A DNA stretch of 64,000 nucleotides. Origin: the human T2T-CHM13v2.0 reference genome, Homo sapiens. The notes under the pieces are model-generated. The model worked only from the letters and a program-made list of their open reading frames with translations. It ran no database searches and was not told the origin of the DNA. The stretch is taken from the NCBI RefSeq assembly GCF_009914755.1, contig NC_060946.1; one strand, written 5' to 3'. Shown in pieces: positions 29,082-43,130 of the stretch. Positions within the stretch are counted from its first letter, which is position 1, and every line of letters begins with the position of its first letter. The position numbers and the translations under genes are program-made.

Positions 29082-29700
29082 TAGTAGCTCCTTTTCATGT
29101 CTGTCCACTGGGAACCATGCAAGCTGCCTGCTGAAATTACGTGGATGGAGCCCCTGGCACAGTGCCTGGCACAGGTCTGTCGTCAATAAGCAGGAGTTGT
29201 TATTGCTGTTGTTTTTTAAACAGACAAATAAATGCCAAGAGCAGAACTAAGGAGTATCTGGTTCGCTGCTGGGTACCCCATCCACCCCAAGTCCCCTGGG
29301 TGACTGGCACATGACAAATATTTGTTGATTAAGTCAATGAAAGAATTCCTGCAGTTTCATTACCTATGAAGATTGTGGGGTCCTCTTGTGGGACATGAAA
29401 GGGGGACAGATAGATGAGTATTGTTTGGATTTTTGGTCCTCAGTGCCATCCACAGACTCCAGAAGGGATCAGCTATTTGCTGAACAATCTTTCAGTTCTC
29501 ATAGAGCCCTGATATGTTTTCAGGGTCCACAAATGCCTGTGACGGTGGCCTCAAGAACCCAGTGTCCCCTTGTAGGTGGGATAGCATACCTCTTAAAGGT
29601 CAGCATGAGATTCCACCCATGTCATCCCCAGCATTGGTGGGGTCAGCAGATCCTCTCTCTGGGGTTTCTTTTCTGCTCAACCTCCCTGCTTTGATGGACT

Positions 29701-30006
29701 GCACAGACAAGCCCCATCTTGGTGGAAGGGTCTCCCCATGGGCTGTCCTGGAGGGTCACTCCCACAGATATGCCCCATCCTGGTGGAAGGGTCTCCCTGG
29801 GGGCTGTCCTGGAGGGTCAGTCCCACAGACAAGCCCCATCCTGTGGGAGGGTCTCCCCGTGGGCCATCCTGGAGGGTCAGTCCCACAGACAAGCCCCATC
29901 CTGGTGGAAGGGTCTCCCCGTGGGCCGTCCTGGAGGGTCACTCCCACAGACAAGCCCCATCCTGGTGGAAGGGTCTCCCCATGGGCCATCCTGGAGGGTC
30001 ACTCCC
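29701..30006. repeat. minisatellite, 60-61-bp unit x5 (cccacagacaagccccatcctggtggaagggtctccccgtgggccatcctggagggtcact)
   Basis: Units start at about 29701, 29761, 29822, 29882, 29943. Confidence 0.95.
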
Positions 30007-31438
30007 TCAGGGCAGGGCTGGTGACTGGGGTGGGATCATGTTTTTCTCCGCTGTTGTGACAGAGGAGTATCTGCTGCAGGGGATACGTGGACTGCGGGGG
30101 GACTGCCACAAGGATGTGAATGGGTAGGGGGTGGGGTGCTGTTTAGGAGAGAGAGAGACTAGGGGAGCCCCTGCCAGAGAAACTTGGCCCTGAAAACACA
30201 GGGGTGCAGCATCTGTAGCTGCCTCTGGACAGAGTTTGCACACTCTGCACAAATGGCTCTTACAGACCAGCTCTTGGAGGGAAACCTCCTAGGCTTGTGA
30301 CAGGTGGTGGTGAGGGTGGGGGGATGAGGTGCTGGGGAGGCCATGTCCCATAACTCACTCTGAAGGACACAGTGATGCTTGGACCACATTGTTTGTCCTT
30401 ATTCATCTGGCCCTCAGAAAGTATATTTGGAGGGAAACATGTCTGTGTTTGTTTTGGTCACACATTCATTCATTCATCTGATGAATGAATGTTCATTGGC
30501 TTACATGTGTCGGGTGGCTCTTGGCTGTAGAGACACAGTGGGAAACAAGAGAGATGAGCCCCGCACCCTGCGCCTGCCCACTCCCCCAGCACACATTCTA
30601 GCAGAGTGAAGAAAGAGAAGTATTATGGGGTGGAGTGGTTCAACTTGAAACCTAGATGATGTTTTAAAGGAATGACAAGTGCTAGGAGGAAAGTAATAGA
30701 AGGTTATGGGGTACAGTGGTGGGTGGGGGTTGGGGAAGGCAATCCAGGGAAGCTCCTCTGGGGAGGCGACATCTGAGCACATGTCTGCACAGTGAGCTTG
30801 GGAAGGGCGTTCTGGGCTGAGGCTCTAAAGCGAGAAAGAGCCTGTTGTGTTGGAGGAGCAGTGAAAAGAAGCGGAGGCGGGGCCCAGGTGGCAGAGAGGG
30901 AGGGAGAGAGCCAAGAGATGAGGCTGGGGCCAGATCTCATTCAGCCCTGCTAGACAACAGTCTATTCCAAGTGACAGGAAGCCATTGGAGGTTTTGGGTA
31001 GGGCTGTGACGTGGATTGGGTTAGAGTTTAAAAGGTCACTTAGGCTTCTGGGTGCAGGATGGATGGGGAGGAGAGTCAGGAGTTGGAACTGAGAGATCAG
31101 TCAGGACACCATTGCCATGGCCCAGGCATCTGATGAAGTAGCTCAGCCCCCAGAGTGGAAGGGCAGACATGGGGAGGTACTGTACAGTTAAACTGCCATA
31201 GGAACCAAGACTGATGGCCAGGTTTGTGGCTTGAGCAACTGGTAAATGGGAAGCCCTTGGGAGTAGGGTGGGAGGTTGGGAAGGCGGGGGTCTGTGTTGT
31301 ACATGCTGGGGCTGAGATACCTGCCCTCTTGGAGGTGATGCTGAGCAGGTGAGCCTGGAGTCCAGGCTGCAGTGTACGTGTGAACCCAGCAGCACTGAGC
31401 TGATGTTTAGCACCGTGGGACTGCACGGCTTCACCCAA

Positions 31439-32802
31439 AGAGGGTGTTCCAAATTTTATTTGGCTGAATGCCGAATGCCCAAGAATTAACATCTATATTT
31501 GGCTAAGGTGAGAATCCCCATCTTAGAATGAGATCCCATGGTACAAGAATAAGTCTGAAATGTTCATCAAGATTGTGTCATAATTATCACAATTTTATTA
31601 TTAAAAACGTTAGTGGCCAAAGTTTTGATGTTTTGCATTGCAGTATCAGTACAGTCACACCCAGCACTGTTGGGTACCACTTGCTCTTGAGGTCTTCAAA
31701 CCAGACATTTGTGATGCTAGATGCTCACTTTCAACTCAGAAGGCTGGAGGAGCACGTGGACCTTTGGCTGATGCTGTCTGAAGGGATACTCCTCATGTGA
31801 AGCTGCCCCTGGGCTGTCAGTTTTTCTCTCTCTGAGTGGCTGGTTATGGTAGAGACTTACCTCCTCTTTGATCTTGGATGTGAAGATTGGGCTGTTGCTG
31901 GTGATGGCCCTCTGTTGAAGCAGTCCCCCCAATTGGTACTTTGCTCCCTACCTGAAGCAGATATTTTCTAATATTTTCAGAAGCAAACTTGAGTGTTTTG
32001 TTCACTTTCATTTTTTATTTCTGATTCTTTTGCCTGCACCTGTGGCTTCTCCCACCCAATGACTTGAAACAGTATGTCAGCAAGCCTTGTATCTGGCAGC
32101 CTGGCTGTGGGACTGGCCCTCAGAATCTCAGGACAGGCTCTGAATTTGCATCTGCATCTCAGCCGTGGTTGCCTGTAAACCATGCCAGTGCCTTCTATAG
32201 AGTAGAATTACAGGGGCATCTTTAAAGCTGCATCTTCCCCTCTCAAGGCACATCCTTTTGGTTCCCTCTTCAGTTAGTGCTAGCAAATGCAGCACTTACT
32301 CCGGAGTTGCTGTGATTGTCCATGAGTCCTGCTATATCAGTTGTGTTATCCATAAAGTATAACATGAGGCTTCCTTTGGCTCAAGCAGCCTTTTTCTTGT
32401 GGAGTAGCTGCTGTTCCATCTTGTTTGAATAATCACATAAGCACTTGAGAAGGCAATTCTAAAATCTCTTGAGTGTCAAGTGGTTTGACATATTAAAACC
32501 ACTTTTTTTTTTGTACTGAAAAAAAGAACAATGGACTAGAATATTCAGATAGTAACACAGCATCAGAATGTCTTGCCTCATTTTGTGAATGTTGTTACAC
32601 TGAAATGACATAATATACTGTTGATGTGATATTCTCTTGATGTGATACTACTGATGTGATCACCTGATCCTTGAGCTCCAGGATGCCAGGAATGACACTG
32701 ATGTAGGCATTCAGCTCTTTGGCTTTCCAAAGGCAGAAGCCCAAACCAAATAGGAGATTTTAGCTGAATACCAAGGTCAAAGCCAACTTCTGTGCATCCG
32801 TA
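31439..32802 (-). mobile_element. degenerate hAT-superfamily DNA transposon with transposase remnants
   Basis: Minus-strand translation gives, in order, TRWNSSYSTRKRLLEPKEA (32424-32368), VLHLLALTEEGTKRMC (32295-32248), EEVSLYHNQPLRERKTD (31866-31816), APPAF*VESEHL (31753-31718); decayed GCCGAA-like subterminal repeats at both ends. Confidence 0.7.
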
Positions 32803-32991
32803 GTAGAGAAGAGGTCTGAGGACTGGGTCTGGGCTGTCAGCCATTAGTGGTCAGGAAGAGGAAGTTCTGGCAAAGGTCAGTCACAAGGGAGGGGGAGCCA
32901 GAGGAGTGTTGCATTCAGGAAGGGTAAAGGAGGTGTTTCTAGGAGGTGAGAGGAGGAAAGAAAACAGACTTCTGGTTTGGCCATGTGGAAA

Positions 32992-33284
32992 TTTTTTTTT
33001 CTCTTGAGATAGTGTCTCACTCTGTTGCCCAGGCTGGAGTGCAGTGGCGTGATCACAGCTCACTGCAGCCTTGACCCCTAGGCTTGGATGATCTTCCCAC
33101 CTCAGCTTCCCCGGGAAGCTGGGATCACAGATGCATACCACCATGCCCAGATAATTTTTGTATTTTCTGTAGTGCTGAGGTTTTGCCATGTTGCCCAGGC
33201 TAGTCTTGAACTGGGCTCAAACGATCCTCCCACCTTGGCCTCCCAAAGTGCAGGGATCACAGGGATGAGCCACTACACCCAGCC
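32992..33284 (-). mobile_element. Alu (AluJ-like)
   Basis: gagatagtgtctcactctgttgccc ... cacccagcc. Confidence 0.9.
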
Positions 33285-33939
33285 GAATCCCTCTTCTTGA
33301 GAGAAGATTCTGGAAGCAGCTGCCGGGTTCTCTGCCACATGCCAGGTTTCTGGGGGTGTAGCTCCCCTGTGTTTGCAGTGCAGCCCTCAAGGTAGACTGC
33401 ATATGGCCAGAGTGAGGTGCCCGTGCTGTGGGAGCTCCTGGCTGTCGTCCTGCTGGTCACTCACGGGCACACCCTCTCCTTGTGAAGGTGAAGTTCTTCA
33501 TCACATGTGTACTCAACCCCCATGTGGCCATCACTCAGGGTCACCTGCTACATGGGAGAATCCTCCCCAGTTTTCTCTCTTTCTGTGCTAGGAAGATAGG
33601 GGTCCTGGCCACAACAGAGCCCTGAGCTGCTCCTGCGGCCCCCGCCAGTGGGCACAGTGATGTCTGATGATGCAAGTGATCATGTGCCGTATTCTCTGTT
33701 GCACAGGAGTCACCCAAGACCCAGCCTAAGGCAGCACACAGGCATGGCCAGTCTCTTTGGTCTCTGTTGCCTGCTGTTTCCACCACCAAATTCATATTTT
33801 CAAGTCCTACATGCAGGGCCCACCCATGTGACCTCATTTTACCTTAACTGCCTCTTTAAATACAGGCACATTGCAAGGTATGAGAGCCTCGCCCACTAGG
33901 AGAGATGGGTAGCCTGGCAGCCTCCCACTGTCCCTGCTA

Positions 33940-34596
<657 letters not shown>

Positions 34597-36224
34597 GTGT
34601 CCTCCGCTCCTCTGCCGACTCCTCTTCCTCCACCCTGGGTGACGTGGCCATGTTCAGTCTGCGGGGCCGGATGGTGGCAGGTGCAACGGGGGCGCATCAG
34701 GCTTCCCATCTCCCTGGTGGGCGAGGCTCTCAGACCACCCAGTTCTGTATGATCCTATCTCTCTCCTTCCTTCTCCAAGCTGCCCTGCTCTGCCCTTTCC
34801 ATGGTTGTTGAACACCTGTGGAACCTACTTGCTCTCTACTTCCAGGGCGCAAATTCAGACAGACAGCTGTGGATGACTCAGCGAGGAGCTGTTAGATCCA
34901 GATGGAGGGAAATCAGATGAATAAGCGGGAATCGTTTCCACTCCCCTGCAGGATGCATTTTGTTGGGCTGCTTTGTTTTTTCTCTTGCAGTCATTGCCAC
35001 CCAATCAGATGTTTTTTACGGGTGTTTATCTCCCCACTAGGGACCTCTGTTATCTGTGCCATATCCAGCACCTAGGACAGTGCCTGTCCCATAGTAGGTG
35101 TTCAGTCCCTATCTGTGAGCCAACAAACGCATGATCGAAGGGGTATTCCGAGCCCAGCAGGCCTTGCTCTAGAATTTTATTATCTTGAAAGGGATGCCAA
35201 AGCTGTTTGTTTTCTAATTGAGGGAGGGGAGGCTGCTGGGGAGATAACACTGAAGACATGGGGGCCTCCAGCTAAAATGTTTTAAACAGAACTTTGTGCT
35301 GGGAACCACTTGCAAAACAGAAACCCCATTTGTGACTGGCCTGGACTTGATTGCTTTCATGATGGCATGTCAATGCCGCGTCACTGACAGCAGCTGTGTA
35401 TTGAAGGCTCTGTGCTGAGTGCTTGCAGTCACCCTCCCAGTGAACCATCTCACGATGCTCTGTGACGTCGCTTTTGTTGTTTTGCAGAGTGGATCTATCA
35501 GTAAACACTGGAGTCTTAGAATCGAAGACTAGCAGGGAAACTGGGGGTCCTTCCTGCTGTGTGGCCCTGCAGCGGGCGTGGGGTGGGGCGCTGGTGGCCG
35601 GCACCTGCCAGTACCTACTGCTAACAAAAGGGAAATTGAAGGAGGTGCAGGCTGGGCTGGAGCTCAGTCTCAGTAATTGAATCTTGATGAAATGTGACAG
35701 TTCTTGTCTGTGCTCCTCCGGATTGTTTCCTGTTCATTCTTGGTAATAAAATCATCGCCAGTTCTGTGAATATCTAATCTAACTTCCTATTGTGGCATTA
35801 GAATGTTTAAGAAACAAGAATGGGAGCCTCAGGTGTGTGGGGAGGCAGAGGCAGCTTTTAAGACCTTTTTTAAAATTATCTTTATCAGTCCTCTCCCTTT
35901 TGGGACCCACAGGGACAGTCTTCTCACCTCCTGACTCCCACTTTCATTCTTCCCAGGTAACCTCCTTGCCTCTCAACTACATCTTATTATGTTTTTTCCA
36001 TTTTGTATGCATAGAATGTTCCCGAGTATAACACCCACAGTTTTATCCTTAACTATTCTTCCCTTTTCAATCTGGCGTCATTCTCTAAGGAAGATTAGTG
36101 ACCTGGAAGCTCAGCGTTCATGGTTCAACATCTCAAGACGCCCCCATGGCCACATGGTAACCTGCCCCGCTTCGGGGACCTCCTTGAGGCTGGGGTCTTG
36201 GTGGTTTTGAGTTCCTCCAGTATA

Positions 36225-36641
<417 letters not shown>

Positions 36642-36686
36642 CTTCCAGCTTTTTCTGACCCTCTTCTCTTGTGCTTCTCATTGCAG

Positions 36687-36827
36687 AAAAACTGGCAGGG
36701 TGCAAGCTGAATGTGGCTGAGGTGACACAGTCCGAAATAGGGCAGAAACAGAAGCTGCAGACGGTGCTGGAAGCAGTACATGACCTGCTGCGGCCCCGAG
36801 GCTGGGCGCTCCGGTGGAGCGTGGACT
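36687..36827 (+). CDS. PARVB: beta-parvin exon 5 (141 bp; EKLAGCKLNVAEVTQSEIGQKQKLQTVLEAVHDLLRPRGWALRWSVD)
   Basis: ctcattgcag|AA ... GACT|gtgagt; phase 1/1. Confidence 0.97.
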
Positions 36828-38093
36828 GTGAGTTCCACGCCACAGGGGGAGGGACTGTCTGGAGGGAGCCCGTCCTCTCGACATTCGTCATCCACATTTG
36901 TCATCCACATTCATCATCATCCCATCTGGCCTTGCATCTTAAAATTGGGTTCATCTCCCTGCTCTGTAAGAGGTAGAACATTGCAGGGGAGAAGAACAGG
37001 AGAAGGGTTAGGGAGATCCTAGAAAAGGGACCTAGTCAGGCCACAATTCTCCATCCTCCCCATGCTGCAGAGGAGAGAGGCAATGTTTATGGATGGGTGG
37101 ATCAGAGGGACTTTGAGAGAGAGAAGCAGCCTTGGGGGGTTCTTGTTGGGACTCAACCCCAAATGCTGGTGGCAGCAACACCTAGTGGGCTGTTTGTCTA
37201 TGACCCTGGCATTATGAGATGTGACATCACGGTATTTTCAGCCAAGACATGAACCCGGCAGGTGAAAGACTAAACCAGGAGAAGCTGGAAAGTTCTCCTC
37301 GGTCCTGCCCACTCCTTCCCCACCTCCCTCCCCTGGAAGCAGGGCCATGAGGGTGTGGCTTCAGGGCTCTCTGTGCTGGGCCAGAGGTCTCCGTGCTTTG
37401 GTGAGCTGGGCTCTCAGTGGTAGGCAGGAGACCCTGGAGCCTGGCCTTGCACCCAGTTTCTTGGTATCGAGACCTTGGGCAGACCCAGGCTGTCTCGTGG
37501 GTGGCTGGGTCCGTGGGTGGGGAATCGGGTGCCTTGTAAACTGTAAAACCCTGCAGGAGAAGTGGTGATGTTGACCAAACCTGAGTCCGCATGCTGAGGA
37601 AGAGAGAGGACAGACTCAGGCAAGGCAGGGGCTAATGTCTAATGTCCCCAGAGTGGCCTCTGCTCTTGGCAGCCTACCCTTGTTGGGATGGTTCATTGCG
37701 GAGAGGGAGCCCTTTTTTAGTGCCAGAGATAATAACGCACATCCTTGTGATGGGTAAGTGGCCGTGACCTGCTTTCCATGCTCTTTTCCCTTCTGTGCTA
37801 ATTTTACTATCCTGTTCCTTTCCCTCATCACTGCCCAATTTATTGCTTTTAAAAACATTGTGCTTCTAAAAGTGGTTGCACAAGTCACCTTAGGCCAACA
37901 GGAAAGGAGACAGTGAAGCTAGAAGTAAATTCACCAGGTTGCTCATCAGCTCTCTTGATTTGTCCACACTTCGCTCCATCCTTGTCTCGCTGGGGTCTCA
38001 TTTAGATGCTGTGTCTCTGTTGCCTTCTGCACGTGGGCTCAGGTTCCTGTGTAACCTGATCTAAAGCGTCTCCCTTCCTCCTTCCTCCTGCAG

Positions 38094-38209
38094 CAATTCA
38101 CGGGAAGAACCTGGTGGCCATCCTCCACCTGCTGGTCTCTCTGGCCATGCACTTCAGGGCCCCCATCCGCCTTCCTGAGCATGTAACGGTGCAGGTGGTG
38201 GTCGTGCGG
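38094..38209 (+). CDS. PARVB: beta-parvin exon 6 (116 bp; SIHGKNLVAILHLLVSLAMHFRAPIRLPEHVTVQVVVVR)
   Basis: cttcctcctgcag|CA ... CGG|gtgagt; frame continuous. Confidence 0.97.
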
Positions 38210-38699
38210 GTGAGTATAACCGAGTGGTCGGCCTGCCTGTAACTCCGCCAGAGAGGCAACATCTTCCTCCTGCAGTTTTCCTGCCCTCCCCCTCCTTTTT
38301 TCCCCCCAGGAGGCTACCTTCTATTTTTCCCTTTTGACAAAATGTGTGTCTCACCCTGGCTCCGAGATAAATGATTGGAACGGGAACAATGGCATTGATT
38401 TGATGAGAGGCAGAAGCAGAGGCATGAGGGTGTTGAGGTTTAATTTTCCACATTTTTGAAAAGAACATTCATTTCTCTCCAAAGCCAACTGGTTGGAATT
38501 CAATCCCCTTGAATGTGCTTATTACTCATTGGAGGAGGTTGGCCCCGCGGGATGAAACAGACACCCAAATTAAAGCCGCTTTGCATTCGTTGGGGATTAT
38601 TCATCATGCCCCATCATCTCTTTTTTTGGGTTCATTTCTCTTGATTCACTTGGAGAAATGGAACCAGAACCCAGGTCCTTCTAACAGAGGGTGAAGTAG

Positions 38700-39036
<337 letters not shown>

Positions 39037-40405
39037 TTATTTCCCTTACATTTAAGTGGACAGTCGCTGCCTAGGGTTCGTGTGTGCAGTTTCCCTCAGT
39101 AAATGTGCAATGAGCGCCTACTATTCTCTAAGCACTCAGCATAGGCTGCCGAGCCACTAAAGGAGGAACACATGCCTGGCGTCTGTGGGGGTGACCACTG
39201 CGGCCAGAGTTGAGGTCACGCTCGGAACCTTGGATGCCTCTGTGTTTATTTTACTCGAGACATCCGGCTCCACTTTCCTCTGGTTTTTAAACTTCTCAGT
39301 CCCGTGGTCTCTGTGGTCGGGGAGGACCTGGCTGTCACTGTGTTTTCCGAACCCATTCTGGCCCCTCTGTTACCCTGGGAGCTCAGTCTTGTCCGGACGG
39401 GAATGCTCCTCTCTGGCATCCGGCAAGGGCCACCTGCCATGTGTCCATGTTTCCTTCCTAAGGAGGATGTTTGTGGCTGGTGGTGGTGACTCGGGACCTG
39501 GGGGGCCATTCCTATGGCCCTGTGTCTTGGCCACTGGTTCACAGGCAGCCGGCCTGAAAAGGCTTCCCTAGGACACATTGGGATGTGGTTCCCAAGCCTA
39601 CCTACATCAGCTCGGGGCCCCAGGAGCCCTGTGCAGGCTCAGAAACTGGAGTATTTCCTTTCAGGCTTGCACTTGGGTCCAAGATAATCTTTGCGGTTTG
39701 CAGAAAGTTTGAACCAGGCAAGCACTTGCTGGTGCTTCCCGCCATAACGGGTTAGAGGAGTGTTGTTTGGCCACGACCAAAGCAGAATGAAACGGGAGCA
39801 GGGGGTCCTGTGAACCGGGCGCAGTTACTCCCCAGACCTTAGAGCCGCCTTCTGTCTTCTCTGCAGCCCCCTGGCCTCTGAGCTTGCTCAGGGGACCCCT
39901 TATCTAACCCCAGATGGAATGGTTGGTGTAAGGGATGTGGCATTTCCAGGGTGGAAGGAAGGAAGGAAAGGGCCTTATTTACTGCCTGGCCACGTGGCTT
40001 TGGGCTGATCACTTGCTTTTGCTGAGCTGCAATGCTTTTCCCCATAAAACCAAGATTTTACTACAAACCTGTAAAACATCCAGCTTCATGTCTCCAATCC
40101 TAGACCTGGGCCCAGCACCTGGTGGGTGCCTCAGGCATGTTTGATCCTTGACTAGGTGAACACCATGTCTGGACCTTCCTTGGCAGGCACTCCTGAGAAT
40201 CAGGATAAATGTCACCCACACTGTTGTTCAATAACAAGCACCAACCCTGAGTATTCCATGGAGGTCAAACTCAGGAAAGGGATGGAAGCCCAGATCTTGG
40301 TGGTGTCCACTGTGGGCTGGCCCAGCGGGAAATGAGTTCCCAGTCCCTTGAGGGGTTCAGTGGTGGTTGGATTAGCCACCCAGGCTCCATCTGGAGCTCC
40401 TGTGA

Positions 40406-40757
<352 letters not shown>

Positions 40758-40807
40758 TCATTGCTTTTCTATACCTGCCACGCTCTGGGAGAAGTGTGAC
40801 ATATACT

Positions 40808-41265
40808 GTGTCAGTTTCCTAGGGCAGCCATAACAAAGTACCACAAACCAGGTGGCTTAAAACAGCAGACATTTATTCTCTCGCAATTATGGAGGCCAGA
40901 AGTCTGAAATCAAGATGTTGTCAGGGTAGGATGTCCTCCCTCATGTCTCCTCCTCTAGGGGAGGGGTCTTCCTGCCTCCTCCAGCTTCTGGTGGTGGCTG
41001 TCAGTCCTTGGTGTTCTTGGCTTGTGGCCACATCTCTCCAGTCTCTGCCTCTGTCATCACATGGCCTCCTCCCTCTGTCTGTTTCTGTGTCTGTTTCCTC
41101 TTCTAATAAGGAGGTGAGCCATATTGGATTAAGGAGGGGCTCACCATAATCCATGATGACCTCATCTGAGCTAGTATCTGCAAAGACCCTTATTTCCAAA
41201 TGAGATCATGTTCTGAAGTTTGTGGTAGATATGAACTTTGGGGGACCCTCTTCAGTCCCGTGCAC
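40808..41265 (-). mobile_element. MLT1C-like MaLR LTR
   Basis: cagtttcctagggcagccataacaaagtaccacaaaccaggtggcttaaaacagcag ... tctgcaaagacccttatttccaaat. Confidence 0.8.
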
Positions 41266-41659
41266 ACACATGATTGCAGGGGATGTTCCCTGTTATTTAT
41301 GTTCCTTCCAATTGCATGCCTCACCTCTCCTGGCTGCAAAGCATAGAGGATCCCTTTGGGGAATCCTGACCTGGGGTGTTTCTCCTGAGACCCACACAAA
41401 TGCCAACTCTCAAGGCCACGTGGAGACCAGAGGGTGGGGAGGAGGATAGGGACAGGTTGTGGTCGCTGAAAGGCACCCTGCCCAGGGTCCCCTGCTGTGT
41501 ACTCACCCAGGCCTGGCATGCGTGTTCAACACCACCCCTCCTTCTCCTGTTGCTCTTTTCTAAGATGATCTCCGGCCCCGCAGCTTCGTCTGCCCTGTCA
41601 GTGCATCTTTCCTCAACTCTCCACTGCCTGATTTTGTATGTTTATTTTGGGGTTTTCAG

Positions 41660-41718
41660 AAACGGGAAGGCCTGCTGCATTCCAGCCACATCTCGGAGGA
41701 GCTGACCACAACTACAGA
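41660..41718 (+). CDS. PARVB: beta-parvin exon 7 (59 bp; KREGLLHSSHISEELTTTTE)
   Basis: ggttttcag|AAA ... ACAGA|gtaagt. Confidence 0.96.
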
Positions 41719-42677
41719 GTAAGTGGACCCCTGTCTTGCCCTTCCAGGCCCTGCTGCCCCGAGTGAGTGGGACCCCAGGCTGCCACTTCAGCCAGGGACA
41801 CCAGCGCCCATGGGGCTGCTCCCGCTCCACACCCCTTCTCTGTAGCATGTGATTCTCATGCTGGTTCCCACCCCAGCTCTCCTCCCTCTGCACACTTTCT
41901 TCAGAGTTTTTAACATTAGAACTGAGTTACCTTCCACAGACTTTGAATTTTTTCATTCCTATCTTAAAAGGTGAGCTGTAAGAACATTGCAAAGTGGGGC
42001 AGGCAGAGAGAGTTCAGGATGGTTAGAGAGAACCATTGTCTCAGTTCATTTATCCATCTACATTAGCCCCATCAGAGGTGGGAGCTACATCTTTAAACCA
42101 GAACTTTCCTTTGACAGACACTACTAAGCCATCTGTTATCTCCTAGAGAAAGCCAGAGGGCAGGTGTTCAGAAGTCTAAAAGGCTTCAAATCTATTGAAA
42201 ATAGCAAATCAAACAGTATCTGTGGTATGTGGTTTTAAGGACTCCTTGTGATAACCTGCTAAGAATCTTTAGAATTCACTGCATTTGTGCCTCTTGACTA
42301 AACCTGTTTCAGATGAAACAGAACATTTAAAAATTGATTGTCTCAGCTAATCCATCAGCTAAGTTCACAGAGTGATTAATTACTGTGTTGTGAATTCATG
42401 GATGGTATTTCAAAAATTGGAGCTGACACAGGAAACCACTCGTGGCTTGCAAGCTCTCAGGGAAGATGATGGGACAGTGGAGTGCAGGCTGATGCATGTG
42501 CAGAGGCCCATGAAGAGGCCTCCCAGTCTGCCCCAGGCCCACGAAGGGAACAGGGAGAGCTGGAAAAGGGGAGGATGAGAATGTGGTTCTTTGCCCAGCA
42601 CAGTGGGCCTTTGGCAGCAGCTCTGCCTATTCAGCAGTAGGAGAAGGGCTGCTCGTGGGGAACTGGGATTGGGCTGG

Positions 42678-43130
42678 TGTCTTAGTTGTTTATTGTTGTG
42701 TAACAAATCACCCCCAAAGTCAAGTGGCTTAAAACAACATCTGTTTCATTTGCTGCTCACAATTCTGTGGGTCAGCAATTTAGGCTGGGCTCAGCTGGGC
42801 GGTTGTTCAGCCAGTCTCGCCTGGGGTTGCTCATATGATGCAGACATCTGAAGGCTGGATGGAGGCTGGGGAGGCTGAGATGGGCTCCCCCTACCTCTGG
42901 TGGTTGGTGTTGGCCTCCCCTGGGTCTCTTTCCTCCTCACAGTGCTGGGCATCTTCCCAGGGTGCTCTCAGGGTCCTGAGAGAGTGAGAATGCAGCTGCA
43001 GTCCCCTTGAGGCCTTGTCTTGGACATCCATACCTATGTCCTCAATTCTGTGAGTCAAAGTGAGTCACAGGTCATCCTGGATCAAGGTGCAGGAAACAGA
43101 CTCTGCCTCCTTGTGCAGGAATGGCCTGTG
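42678..43130 (-). mobile_element. MLT1-family MaLR LTR
   Basis: ttattgttgtgtaacaaatcacccccaaagt...gtggcttaaaacaac ... ctgtgggtcagcaatttaggctgggctcagctggg. Confidence 0.65.

Noticed and set aside
29514-30127. Repetitive ORFs up to 181 aa
   Set aside because: Translations of the 61-bp minisatellite; no homology or splice support
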